Origin: an uncultured bacterium
GTDB taxonomy: Bacteria > Cyanobacteriota > Vampirovibrionia > Gastranaerophilales > Gastranaerophilaceae
DNA: 64,000 nucleotides
Assembly (NCBI GenBank): GCA_902798645.1
Contig: CADBXV010000002.1
Span: 12,600-76,599, forward strand
Direction: 5' to 3'
The notes beneath the pieces are model-generated. The model was not told where the DNA came from. It was given only the letters and a program-made list of their open reading frames with translations, and made no database searches. Position numbers and translations under genes: made by a program. Below are positions 1 through 9,434 of the stretch, in pieces (the stretch's first letter is position 1; each line of letters starts with the position of its first letter).

Positions 1-61
1 GCGCAGGTGTTTGAGCTATCAATTCTTCCGGTAGTGTATAATCAAATTCTGAAAGTAACAT
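1..61 (-). CDS. queA: S-adenosylmethionine:tRNA ribosyltransferase-isomerase, first ~20 codons only (gene runs off the window)
   Basis: Reverse complement reads MLLSEFDYTLPEELIAQTPA, the characteristic QueA N-terminus (F/DY.LPEELIAQ.P). Confidence 0.6.
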   Translation of the reverse strand, partial: MLLSEFDYTLPEELIAQTPA

Positions 62-96
62 AATAAAATTATTATATTACAAAAATTTTTGTTTAA

Positions 97-453
97 TTAA
101 TTATAAATATGACCATTTGTTGCTATAGAAATCAAATCTTTTCTAATCTGATTATTAAGCTTTACCATAAAACTTTTTGGATGTAAAAAAACACCTGAAA
201 TAATCCCTTCTTCAAGGTGTCTGAAATGGGTTTTATCATATGTAATACAAGCATCAAGTGTATCAAATTTTGACGGGGTTCTGCGTATTGCGCCAAGAAC
301 AACATTATAACTTGTTCCTTCGTGTGTTTTTACAAATCTATCTATGAATTTGTCCAATTCACCTGCCTTAAGTCTTTTAGATAAAAGCCTTTGCCCTGCT
401 CGATCAATTTTTCCTGACTTAAAATTTAGTTGAAAATTATTTGTAATTTGCAT
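97..453 (-). CDS. hypothetical protein (118 aa)
   Basis: Clean ORF with no competing frame; no recognisable motif. Confidence 0.5.
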   Translation of the reverse strand: MQITNNFQLNFKSGKIDRAGQRLLSKRLKAGELDKFIDRFVKTHEGTSYNVVLGAIRRTPSKFDTLDACITYDKTHFRHLEEGIISGVFLHPKSFMVKLNNQIRKDLISIATNGHIYN

Positions 454-509
454 ATATAAAACTCCTTTGCAGTATTTAAAACTTGTAAAAATAAATTTTG
501 CTAAAGACT

Positions 510-551
510 AAAAATAGGTTTACAAATCTTTACATGCAAACCTATTTTTTT
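510..551. terminator. bidirectional intrinsic terminator downstream of yidC
   Basis: AAAAATAGGTTT...AAACCTATTTTTTT hairpin flanked by an A-run and a T-run. Confidence 0.55.
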
Positions 552-622
552 ATATTTTTTCAATATTTAAAACTACTGAAATCAATTTATTCAAGTTTCA
601 GTCATTACATTTATTACTTAAA

Positions 623-1708
623 TTATCCTTTTTCTTGTATTTGTTTTGCATTTGCTAAATCAACATCGCTGATGCTGCTTTCCTTTTTTTCATCTTCCAG
701 TTCCAACTGTTTGTTAATAATAATTGTTTGAACAACTTGGAAACAGTTGCTTACAACCAAATACAAAAGAACACCCGCCGGAATAGGAATTATAAAGAAT
801 GTAAATCCAAGCATTAGCGGCATAAATGTATTCATAGATTTTTGCATAGCTGCTTGTGCAGGATCCTGATTTACATTTTTGTTCATTGACATCATGGCTT
901 TTTGTGACATTACCATCGTTAACATAAATAAAACAAGAAGTGCAAAAACGTCCCAGTGGAATGCAGGTTTGACTTCTTTGGTAGGAATTGTACTTACTAA
1001 CAAACCGTCTTTTCTTACAAAAGTCATATTTTCAACTTCTTTTGTATTAATATCGGTTACTGCTATTTCTGCTTTTTCAATTTGATCAAGCTGGCTGAAT
1101 TTAAGATTTAAGCTATCTAAACTAACTTTAAAATCGGCAGGTTCTCCCGGATTTAAAGTCCCCTGAACTTCCACAGCTTTATTTGGTTTTTCAATTTTTA
1201 CATTTTCAATAGGTTCTAAATCCGTTTTAAAATAGACCTTTGCTGTTTTACCTGTCATAAAAGAGTCATATTTTGATACACCAAAAACACCATCATTAGA
1301 AACTCCTGCAGATGCCTTCATTGTTGCATCAAGTCGTTTTATAAACAAAAACTGAGAGTCACCTGCCATTGAGATAAATTGCGGACTCATCAATGTAGAA
1401 TACAAAAGTATAAATATCGGCATTTGAATAAGAAGCGGAAAACACCCTGCCATTGGATTAAACTTGTGTTCTTTATAAAATTCCATCATCTTTTGCTGCA
1501 TTACTTGAGGATTACTTTTATAGCGCTCCTGTATTGCTTTCATTTTTGGTTGAAGCATTTGCATTGTTCGCATTGAACGCTGTTGTGATACACCCAAAGG
1601 CCACATAGCAGCTCTTATGATTATTGTAAGCAATATAATACCAATTCCGTATCCACCTGCAACTGACAGCATTTTTAATACTTTTATAGTTAGTGTTGTA
1701 AAATCCAT
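623..1708 (-). CDS. yidC: membrane protein insertase YidC/Oxa1 family, carrying a ~120-aa insertion
   Basis: MWPLG..QQRSMRTMQMLQPKMKAIQERYK..EFYKEHKFNPMAGCFPLLIQMPIFILLY is the conserved YidC core; C-terminal TMs and a basic tail are present. Confidence 0.9.
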   Translation of the reverse strand: MDFTTLTIKVLKMLSVAGGYGIGIILLTIIIRAAMWPLGVSQQRSMRTMQMLQPKMKAIQERYKSNPQVMQQKMMEFYKEHKFNPMAGCFPLLIQMPIFILLYSTLMSPQFISMAGDSQFLFIKRLDATMKASAGVSNDGVFGVSKYDSFMTGKTAKVYFKTDLEPIENVKIEKPNKAVEVQGTLNPGEPADFKVSLDSLNLKFSQLDQIEKAEIAVTDINTKEVENMTFVRKDGLLVSTIPTKEVKPAFHWDVFALLVLFMLTMVMSQKAMMSMNKNVNQDPAQAAMQKSMNTFMPLMLGFTFFIIPIPAGVLLYLVVSNCFQVVQTIIINKQLELEDEKKESSISDVDLANAKQIQEKG

Positions 1709-1786
1709 ATTTTCTCTTCCCTAATAATTTCCTTGTTAATATATTGTACGACTGACGCACTATTTAAAAATACTTAAAAAATATCA

Positions 1787-2716
1787 TTAAGTCAATTCAA
1801 TTAATCTTTCAAATTGTTCTGAAAAATCTTTATCCGTTAAATTTATCATTGGTAAATTGTACTCTTGAGCAAGTTTTTCCACTTTTGGATCGTAATTAAT
1901 TGCTAATGTTTTCACCTCAGATTTTATTCCGACAACATTTGCATGAAAACGCATAGCGACTAAATATTCAAAAGAAGATAAAGTTTCAAAAACATCGTTG
2001 AGAGAAAGTCCGTTCATTACACTTACATTATATACTCTGTTATCATTCAGTATTTGAGCAAATTTTTCACAAATTTTTAAATCAATACTGTCTTGCAAAG
2101 AAACCAAATAAATTTTTTTATCAGAAAATCTTTTTGCAATTTCTTTTGCTAATTTATCCAAGAATTCATCATCTACACCTATAAATTCTCTCAACTGAAC
2201 ACCGACTGTTCCTTTCAAATGTTTTTTAGGAAGTTCCAAGTCGAAAATAGGATCTTTTACAAGAATTGAAGGTATATCCCAACTCTTTAAAAGTTCTTGA
2301 GATTTTTTATCTCTGACAGTTATTTCATTTACTCTTTTTAGTATAAATTTTGTCAACACAACACCGATTTGAGAATTAATCGGACCAATTCCCTGTGAAT
2401 ATATTTGCACTTTTTTTCTTAATAAAATTCCTGTTAATATAACCAAAAGATAATAAATCAGACTTTTAACACTCGTTGCATCTTGCAACAAACTTCCTCC
2501 CCCTGAAATCAAGATATCAGATTCAAAGATTGACGGTAAAAAACCGAACATTCCACAAGATGAAACACCATAAATGTGTGATGTTTTTGCAGGATTAGAA
2601 GATATTAGTGTTATTTTTTCAGCTCCTGCTGACTTCAAATGTTGAACTAAAACGTGAGCGATTGCTTCATCACCAAAATTATCAAAACCAATGTAGCCTG
2701 ATACTACATATTTCAT
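1787..2716 (-). CDS. csaB: polysaccharide pyruvyl transferase, CsaB family
   Basis: N-terminal SGYIGFDNFGDEAI and GGGSLLQDATSVKSLIYY motifs typical of CsaB. Confidence 0.75.
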   Translation of the reverse strand: MKYVVSGYIGFDNFGDEAIAHVLVQHLKSAGAEKITLISSNPAKTSHIYGVSSCGMFGFLPSIFESDILISGGGSLLQDATSVKSLIYYLLVILTGILLRKKVQIYSQGIGPINSQIGVVLTKFILKRVNEITVRDKKSQELLKSWDIPSILVKDPIFDLELPKKHLKGTVGVQLREFIGVDDEFLDKLAKEIAKRFSDKKIYLVSLQDSIDLKICEKFAQILNDNRVYNVSVMNGLSLNDVFETLSSFEYLVAMRFHANVVGIKSEVKTLAINYDPKVEKLAQEYNLPMINLTDKDFSEQFERLIELT

Positions 2717-3648
2717 GTTCTTAAATTCTCCATAACTGTTTTTAAATACGGTATCGGTTGTATTGCACCATAGTTTTGTGTTTGAAGTCCTGATACCACA
2801 GATGCAAATTTTGTAGCCTCAAAAGGCATATATCCGTTTGTTATTGCGTATAAAAATCCTCCGTTAAAAACATCACCTGAAGCTGTTATATCTACAGCCT
2901 TTGCAGAATTATAAAACTCTGTAAAGTTTATTGTTCCGTTATATCCTGTATAATATCCGTTATCAATATGTGACTTTATGACAACAATTTTAACCCCTTT
3001 ATCCCAAAATCGTTTCATTACCTGTTCAATGGAATCTATTTCATATAACCTTATTGCATCACTTTTCAGACTTAAAAATATTATGTCTGTATAATCTACT
3101 ATTTCTTCCAAGAATTCTCTGGTATCGTTAGAATTCATAAAACAAGATGTATAATTCGGGTCATATGCCGTTAAAACTTCATTTTCTCTTGCGGTTTTAA
3201 AACTTTCCCTTACGAGTTCACGTGAACCTGCACTAAGCGACTGCACAATACCGGTAGAATATACCAGTTTTAAATTTTTAATATATCCTTCAGGTAAATC
3301 TTCTATAGAAAGTTTTGTAGCTGCAGTTTTACGCTTATAATAAAGAAGCTCTTTTTTATTTTGAGTGTTTGCAATTATATACATTCCGTTCTGTTCATCA
3401 TTAGTTTTAATCAAGGAAGTATCAATATTTTCTTTTTGCAAACTTGACAAGATAAACTCGCTAAAACCGTCATTTCCCACCTTAGTAACATATGCAATAC
3501 TACCGCCGAGCCTTGAAACGGCAACGGCAGTAGTAACAGTATCACCGCCAAAATATTTATTTAAAGTAGAACTTTCCGCAAGACTCCCATTAGAAGTCAG
3601 TTCTATTAAGCACTCTCCTATTATTGCTATATCCGTTTTTTGGTCCAT
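2713..3648 (-). CDS. kdgK: PfkB-family sugar kinase, probably 2-dehydro-3-deoxygluconokinase
   Basis: PfkB signatures (GGDT.. near the N-terminus, DITASGDVFNGGF near the C-terminus); overlaps the KDPG aldolase gene. Confidence 0.65.
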   Translation of the reverse strand: MDQKTDIAIIGECLIELTSNGSLAESSTLNKYFGGDTVTTAVAVSRLGGSIAYVTKVGNDGFSEFILSSLQKENIDTSLIKTNDEQNGMYIIANTQNKKELLYYKRKTAATKLSIEDLPEGYIKNLKLVYSTGIVQSLSAGSRELVRESFKTARENEVLTAYDPNYTSCFMNSNDTREFLEEIVDYTDIIFLSLKSDAIRLYEIDSIEQVMKRFWDKGVKIVVIKSHIDNGYYTGYNGTINFTEFYNSAKAVDITASGDVFNGGFLYAITNGYMPFEATKFASVVSGLQTQNYGAIQPIPYLKTVMENLRT

Positions 3649-4262
3649 TTTTTATAATCTCTTATTTCTTTTAAAATATCCTTTGTTCTTGCAGTAATTA
3701 CTTTCGGCTCAAAACCCTGATAGAAATCACGCCCAACACCTACAGCAATAGCACCGGCCTTAATATATGTAACCACTTCATTAAGTTTTATATTTCCCAT
3801 CGGCAAAAGGTTTAAAAACGGCATTTGTCTTAAAATATCTTCAATATATCTTACACCGCCCATTGCTTCCGCCGGAAATACTTTTATTAAAGGAATTCTC
3901 GATTTCCAAGCATTATACGCTTCATTGGCAGTTGTTGCACCTGCCAAGAACGGAACATGTTTATTTTTTGAAATTTTTATTAAACTCATCTGAAAGATAG
4001 GTGATGAAAACATAACAGCACCACTTTCAAATGCAGCATCAGCTTGCAAAGAAGTAATTATTCCGCCTGCACATACAGGTACAAATTTAGAAACTTCTTT
4101 TATTGCTTCATACATTGAAGGATGTTCTACAGTCATTTCTATAACTCTTACACCGCCTTCTACTAACGCTTTTGCCGTTTGTATCGCAAATTCCGCATTA
4201 TCACATCTGATAATTGGATATATTTTATCTTCGGCTATCATTTGAATATAATTTTCACTCAT
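3627..4262 (-). CDS. eda: KDPG / 4-hydroxy-2-oxoglutarate aldolase
   Basis: IEMT.. / AGGI / KVFPAEAMGG / IAVGVG motifs of the Eda family. Confidence 0.7.
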   Translation of the reverse strand: MSENYIQMIAEDKIYPIIRCDNAEFAIQTAKALVEGGVRVIEMTVEHPSMYEAIKEVSKFVPVCAGGIITSLQADAAFESGAVMFSSPIFQMSLIKISKNKHVPFLAGATTANEAYNAWKSRIPLIKVFPAEAMGGVRYIEDILRQMPFLNLLPMGNIKLNEVVTYIKAGAIAVGVGRDFYQGFEPKVITARTKDILKEIRDYKKWTKKRI

Positions 4263-4327
4263 TTGTATGTATCCTTTTTCCCCAAAATATTATATCATGA
4301 AAATGTTATTATTATTTTAGGGGAATT

Positions 4328-6313
4328 ATGAAAAAACTTAAACTTGTTTTTATTAGTTTTGTTGTTATATTACTTTTATCTTTTATTGCACTGTTAACAT
4401 ATATTTTTGTTGAACCTAAAGCTTATGATTTTATGATTAAAAATGTAAGCGTGGAAAAGTTTGCTTTTGATAATACAAAAAATATCTATGGGCATGACGA
4501 CATTGTTCTTGTAATTATTGATGACAAGTCTGTTGAAAAATATATGTGGCCTTGGAAACGTGATTTACACACAAAAGTTTTGAAATATTTTCAAGAGTAT
4601 GCGAATCCGAAAGTTTTAGTGTATGATACAGTTTTTACAACATTAGATCAAGATAACCCTCAATCAGACAAAGAATATTTTAAGACTTTGAGCAAGTACA
4701 AAAATCTTGTTGAAGGTGTTATGCTTAATAACTTGCCTTATGAAGACAGAATTCAAGGCGAAGTATATGATAATATTTTTGTAAACAAATTTGCAATTTC
4801 TAACATAGAAGTTGATACATATTTACCCTATTTATATAAAAGCATATTAATGTCGCCAATGCCTTTTATAGATTCCGTTCATCATTTGGGTTCTATTACG
4901 GTTATTCCGGGATTTTTTGACGGGTATCTTTCAATATTCTTTGGGGATGAAAAATACAGAACACAAGAATTTTTAACAAACTATAAAGGAGCTGTTATTC
5001 CTTCTCTTGCAATGAAAAGTTTTTTAATTGCCAACAATAATCCAAAGATTATTATTGATAAAAACTACATAAATATCCCTGAGTTAGATTACAAGATTAA
5101 ATACATAAAAGCACCCTTTCAATCAATTGTTCCCATTAGATTTTACAAAAGACTTGGGAACGGATATTCTCATATTAAATATTCCGCAGTTGATATAATG
5201 GACTCTTATGACAATATAAAATCAGGAAAAAAGCCTAAAATTGATCCCAAAATTTTTAATGATAAATACGTTGTTTTCGGAGCAAATGTTTCTGTTGGAA
5301 ACGGACTCAACGACATTAAAAATACACCTCTTGCCATTAACTATTCCGGTGCTGATATTCAGGCAACAAGTTTAGACAATTTGGCACATAAAGACTTTTT
5401 AACATTTTTACCAAATTGGATTAATTGGGTTATCACTGTTCTAAGTATGTTATTCGTATATTACACTATAAGAACACATATCCTTGTAAAAGCAATAATT
5501 TACACTCTTTTAATAATATTGCTTTCATTTGCAATCTCTGCATGTTGTTTTTATCACAATATAATTGTAAATATAGCAATACCTCCTGTAATGTGTGTTG
5601 TTACAATGATTTTGGCATATATTCACAGGTACGTTTTAGAAGCAAAAACAAAAGAAAAAGTTGAAACTGCAATGGGCAAATTCATGTCAGAGGATGTTAT
5701 GAAAGATGTTATTAAAAACATTGATAACTTGGGACTTGGCGGGAAAAAAGCGATTGTAACAGTTCTTTTTTCTGACATAAGAGGATTTACTTCAATGTCG
5801 GAAAAAATGTCCGCTCAAGAAGTTTCAGAATTATTAAACGAATATTTTTCCGAGATGGAACCAATTGTTACAAAATACAACGGCATTATTAATAAATTTA
5901 TCGGAGATGCCGTAATGGCAATATTCGGAGAACCGATACAAGATGATAATCACCCTATTAACGCAGTCAAGTGCGGTTATGAAATGTTGCAAAGAGTAGA
6001 AGAACTGAATAAAAAATGGGCAAAAGAAGGTAAACCGGTTATAAAAATAGGTGTTGGTGTTAACACAGGAGAAGTATTTGTAGGTAACATAGGTTCTGAA
6101 AAACGTATGGAATATACAGTAATCGGAGATACGGTAAACCTTGCAAGCCGTCTTGAAAGCTACAACAAAATATATGGGACGCATATGCTTATAAGTCATT
6201 CAACCTTTGCACCGGCTAAGAATACAATTGAAGTCAATAAAATATCTGATGTGGAAATTAGAGGGAAAGCTGAAAAAATAGATATTTATGAAGTTTTAAA
6301 AATTACATGTTAA
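4328..6313 (+). CDS. membrane-bound class III adenylate/guanylate cyclase with a CHASE2 sensor domain
   Basis: N-terminal TM, CHASE2-like IIDDKSVEKYMWPWKR..YDTVF, three TMs, then the cyclase core FSDIRGFTS..GDAVMAIFG..GVNTGEVFVGNIGS..YTVIGDTVNLASRLES. Confidence 0.85.
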   Translation: MKKLKLVFISFVVILLLSFIALLTYIFVEPKAYDFMIKNVSVEKFAFDNTKNIYGHDDIVLVIIDDKSVEKYMWPWKRDLHTKVLKYFQEYANPKVLVYDTVFTTLDQDNPQSDKEYFKTLSKYKNLVEGVMLNNLPYEDRIQGEVYDNIFVNKFAISNIEVDTYLPYLYKSILMSPMPFIDSVHHLGSITVIPGFFDGYLSIFFGDEKYRTQEFLTNYKGAVIPSLAMKSFLIANNNPKIIIDKNYINIPELDYKIKYIKAPFQSIVPIRFYKRLGNGYSHIKYSAVDIMDSYDNIKSGKKPKIDPKIFNDKYVVFGANVSVGNGLNDIKNTPLAINYSGADIQATSLDNLAHKDFLTFLPNWINWVITVLSMLFVYYTIRTHILVKAIIYTLLIILLSFAISACCFYHNIIVNIAIPPVMCVVTMILAYIHRYVLEAKTKEKVETAMGKFMSEDVMKDVIKNIDNLGLGGKKAIVTVLFSDIRGFTSMSEKMSAQEVSELLNEYFSEMEPIVTKYNGIINKFIGDAVMAIFGEPIQDDNHPINAVKCGYEMLQRVEELNKKWAKEGKPVIKIGVGVNTGEVFVGNIGSEKRMEYTVIGDTVNLASRLESYNKIYGTHMLISHSTFAPAKNTIEVNKISDVEIRGKAEKIDIYEVLKITC

Positions 6314-6340
6314 TTTTTGTAACAATTTAAAGATATTTAC

Positions 6341-6367
6341 TAAAGTTTTAAAAAAATTTGCCGATAA
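6341..6367 (+). promoter_or_regulatory. sigma-28 (FliA/SigD)-type promoter
   Basis: Exact TAAA (6341-6344), 15-nt spacer, GCCGATAA (6360-6367); intergenic; 35 nt upstream of a small ORF. Confidence 0.6.
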
Positions 6368-6401
6368 ACATGTAGAGAAGAATATTAAAAAGGATTAAAA
6401 A

Positions 6402-6578
6402 ATGAACGACGCACGCTTTGAATACAGATATACACCTCTAGGATACGAATTATACGGTTCTCAAGGGAAAAAACCGGATAATGATGAGCAAAATAATCCT
6501 CAGGCTACTGTCGCAAAAGCAGAGGAATATCAAACAAACTTTTTAAATCTGCCGGAAGGATTTAAACTTGGCGGTTAG
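6402..6578 (+). CDS. small hypothetical protein (58 aa, below the ORF-track cutoff)
   Basis: AAGGA RBS 7 nt before the ATG; reads MNDARFEYRYTPLGYELYGSQGKKPDNDEQNNPQATVAKAEEYQTNFLNLPEGFKLGG; followed by a terminator. Confidence 0.5.
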   Translation: MNDARFEYRYTPLGYELYGSQGKKPDNDEQNNPQATVAKAEEYQTNFLNLPEGFKLGG

Positions 6579-6609
6579 ATTTTATAGCGTAACTAATATG
6601 AAATAAAAT

Positions 6610-6640
6610 AAAAGATTAGGTTAATCCTAATCTTTTTTAT
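6610..6640. terminator. bidirectional intrinsic terminator (overlaps the last topA codons)
   Basis: AAAAGATTAGG-ttaat-CCTAATCTTTTTT. Confidence 0.6.
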
Positions 6641-8948
6641 TATCATCTTCTGTTTGAGCAGTATCTGTCTGTTTTCTGTATGAACAAGTCCTGCTGGAAC
6701 AAACCTCAAAATTTCCGTTTTTCGTTACTTTCTTAACCAGTAGTTCTCCGCATTCAGGACAGCTGTTCCCTGTCGGTTCATCCCACAAAGCAAAACTGCA
6801 GTCAGGATATTTATTACAACCAAAAAATATTTTACCATGCTTTGATTTTTTCTCTATTATTATACCCTCACCGCATTTAGGGCATTTTACACCTGTCGAG
6901 CGAACATATTTTTTGCGATTTCCGCATTCTTTACATTCTAAATACTTTCCGTACGGACCTGTTTTTAAGTTCATTTCTCCGCCGCATTTTTCACATTTCT
7001 CATCTATAACAATCGTTTCTTCTTGCGTTTTACTATCTTCGTCATTTGCGCTGTCTAATTCATTCATGTTGTTTAGAGAAATTATTGTTTTGCATTCAGG
7101 ATATCCTGAACACCCTAAAAATTGATTTCCGAAACGACTTGTTTTTACAAGCATTACTCTTCCGCAATTAGGGCATTTTTTATCACTTTCAATATTTACC
7201 TTTTTTGTTTCTTTCATTACGGATTGAACAACTTCCATAAAAGGCGTATAAAATTCCTGCAATACAACATTCCAAATAGCTTTCTTTTCTGCAATAAGGT
7301 CAAGTTTTGCTTCCATGCCGGCAGTAAATTTATAGTCCATAATGTTTGAAAATTGTTCTACAAGCTGTTTGCAAACAGTTCTGCCTAAAAGTGTCGGCTT
7401 AAGAGCTTTATCTTTTTTCTCAACGTACTTTCTTGTTTGGATAACTGTAATAATAGTTGCATAAGTTGACGGTCTGCCGATTCCGTGTTCTTCAAGAGCC
7501 TTAACCAAAGATGCTTCATTATACCTTGGAGGAGGTTGTGTAAAGTGTTGCTTAGGAATAACCTCTTTACAAACAACTTTGTCTCCTTCATTAAGATCTG
7601 GAATTTTTGCTTCTTTTTCCTGTTCTTCATCTTCAGCATCATTATAGAGCTTCAAAAAGCCATCAAAAATAACTTTGCTCGTTCCTGCTTTTAGCCCGTA
7701 ATCACCTGCTTTTATCTCAACTGTTTTGTTTGCAATAGTTGCAGGTGCCATTTGTGAGGACATAAATTTATCCCAAATAAGCTTATACAAACGGTATTGG
7801 TCATTATCCAAATACGGTTTAAGACTTTCAGGCGTTCTTTCCGGATATGAAGGTCTTATTGCTTCGTGAGCGTCTTGTACATTTTGTTTTCCTTTTACAT
7901 AAACATTTGTTTTATCAGGGTAATATTCTTTTCCATAGTTATTAAGAATAAAATCCTTTGCCATAGCGTGAGCATCGTCTGATATACGTACGCTGTCAGT
8001 TCTCATATAAGTAATTAAACCAACAGGTGTACCGTCAATTTCCATACCTTCATAAAGTTTTTGAGCAACCTGCATTGTTTTTTGAACACCAAAACCTAAC
8101 TTTGTGCTTGCAGCTCTCTGCAGAGTTGAAGTAATAAATGGTGCAGTCGGTTTGCGTTTTGTTTCTTTTTTAGTAACTTTTTCTACTGCACACTCTGTAT
8201 TGGGATTTAAAAGAACTTCCTTTATTCTATTTGCTTCTTCTTCATTATTTATATCAAACTTCTTACCCTTGTATTTGTTAACTTCTGCCTCAAAAAGTTT
8301 ACCGTCTTTATCCATAATAGTGTGGACAGACCAGTATTCTTTAGGAACAAAAGCTTCTATTTCTTCTTCTCTTTCACAAATCATACGAAGTGCAACCGAT
8401 TGAACACGACCGGCTGATAAATGGTAGTTACCAAGCTGCTTCCAAAGTACCGGAGAAAGTTTGTAACCTACCAGTTTATCAAGAATTTGACGAGTTTGTT
8501 GAGCCTTAACTCTGTCCATATCAATCTCACGAGAATGTTCAACAGCATACTTTACAGCTTTTGGTGTAATCTCATTAAATTCTATTCTTTGGACTTTATC
8601 ATCACTTACCGGGAGTAATTCTCTAACGTGCCAAGCTATAGCCTCTCCTTCACGGTCAGGGTCTGATGCGAGTAAAACTCTGTCTGAACGCTTTGCAAGC
8701 TCGCTTAGCTTAGTTACGACTTTTTTCTTGTCAGGAATAATAACATAAGTTGGTTTAAATCCGTTATGTACATCAAAACCTAAAATATTATCAGGAAGAT
8801 TTCTAACATGACCAAAACTTGCTTCAATCTGATATCCGTCACCCAAAATCTTTTTTATAGTCTTAGATTTTGCAGGCGACTCAACTATAACTAACACTTT
8901 TTCTTTTTTAGATTTTGTTTCTTTTTTTTCAGCTAAAGCACCTGTCAT
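6627..8948 (-). CDS. topA: DNA topoisomerase I with four C-terminal zinc ribbons
   Basis: TOPRIM start (VIVESPAKSKTIKK), active-site region GLITYMRTDS, four C..C..C..C zinc-finger modules. Confidence 0.95.
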   Translation of the reverse strand: MTGALAEKKETKSKKEKVLVIVESPAKSKTIKKILGDGYQIEASFGHVRNLPDNILGFDVHNGFKPTYVIIPDKKKVVTKLSELAKRSDRVLLASDPDREGEAIAWHVRELLPVSDDKVQRIEFNEITPKAVKYAVEHSREIDMDRVKAQQTRQILDKLVGYKLSPVLWKQLGNYHLSAGRVQSVALRMICEREEEIEAFVPKEYWSVHTIMDKDGKLFEAEVNKYKGKKFDINNEEEANRIKEVLLNPNTECAVEKVTKKETKRKPTAPFITSTLQRAASTKLGFGVQKTMQVAQKLYEGMEIDGTPVGLITYMRTDSVRISDDAHAMAKDFILNNYGKEYYPDKTNVYVKGKQNVQDAHEAIRPSYPERTPESLKPYLDNDQYRLYKLIWDKFMSSQMAPATIANKTVEIKAGDYGLKAGTSKVIFDGFLKLYNDAEDEEQEKEAKIPDLNEGDKVVCKEVIPKQHFTQPPPRYNEASLVKALEEHGIGRPSTYATIITVIQTRKYVEKKDKALKPTLLGRTVCKQLVEQFSNIMDYKFTAGMEAKLDLIAEKKAIWNVVLQEFYTPFMEVVQSVMKETKKVNIESDKKCPNCGRVMLVKTSRFGNQFLGCSGYPECKTIISLNNMNELDSANDEDSKTQEETIVIDEKCEKCGGEMNLKTGPYGKYLECKECGNRKKYVRSTGVKCPKCGEGIIIEKKSKHGKIFFGCNKYPDCSFALWDEPTGNSCPECGELLVKKVTKNGNFEVCSSRTCSYRKQTDTAQTEDDNKKD

Positions 8949-9130
8949 TATTTATTATGTTTCTCCCTTTGTTAATGTTGTCTAAAAATATATAATCTAC
9001 GCAAATCAGCTTTGCCAAGCCGACAATATCTCAATAAAATATAAACTATCACAAAACATGTATATAGTCCAGAGTTAGTTATGCATGTTGAAAATTTCAG
9101 GTCAAGTTTGTATTGAGGGTGACTAAAAAA

Positions 9131-9364
9131 TTATAGACCAACAAATAAATTTTGTAATGAACAATTTAAAACACGTGATATATCATATAAAAATGCTGTA
9201 CTTGCGGCTTTTTCACCACGTTCTATGCAACCTACATAATTTCTCGTACTGGAAACTAAGAAACCTAATTCTTCTTGAGAAAGCTTCATTTCAAGTCTTT
9301 TTATTTTTATATTATTTCCAATAATTTTATAAATTTTGTAATGTTTTGATTTTCTTCTTTTCAC
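9131..9364 (-). CDS. XRE-family helix-turn-helix regulator
   Basis: IKIKRLEMKLSQEELGFLVSSTRNYVGCIERGEKAAS is a classic HTH_3 pattern; GTG start. Confidence 0.75.
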   Translation of the reverse strand: MKRRKSKHYKIYKIIGNNIKIKRLEMKLSQEELGFLVSSTRNYVGCIERGEKAASTAFLYDISRVLNCSLQNLFVGL

Positions 9365-9414
9365 ACCACCTATTTTGGTGTATAATATGGAATAACTCTA
9401 CCACCTATTTGGTA
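9364..9414. promoter_or_regulatory. two near-identical inverted-repeat operators flanking a TATAAT box
   Basis: CACCA-CCTATTT-TGGTG (9364-9380), TATAAT (9381-9386), TACCA-CCTATT-TGGTA (9399-9414). Confidence 0.55.
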
Positions 9415-9434
9415 ACAAATTAAGGAAAAATGCA

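Noticed and set aside
3365-3697. Numerous 60-170-aa ORFs in the track that lie antisense to, or nested within, long well-supported genes. Examples: 498..731, 879..1085, 1379..1576, 3365..3697, 5834..6199, 21596..22096, 25916..26437, 34814..35311, 38377..38733, 41759..42124, 59886..60278.
   Set aside because: They overlap genes with clear family motifs, have low-complexity or Cys/Phe/Ile-rich translations typical of off-frame reading of AT-rich DNA, and lack an RBS. Treated as spurious.
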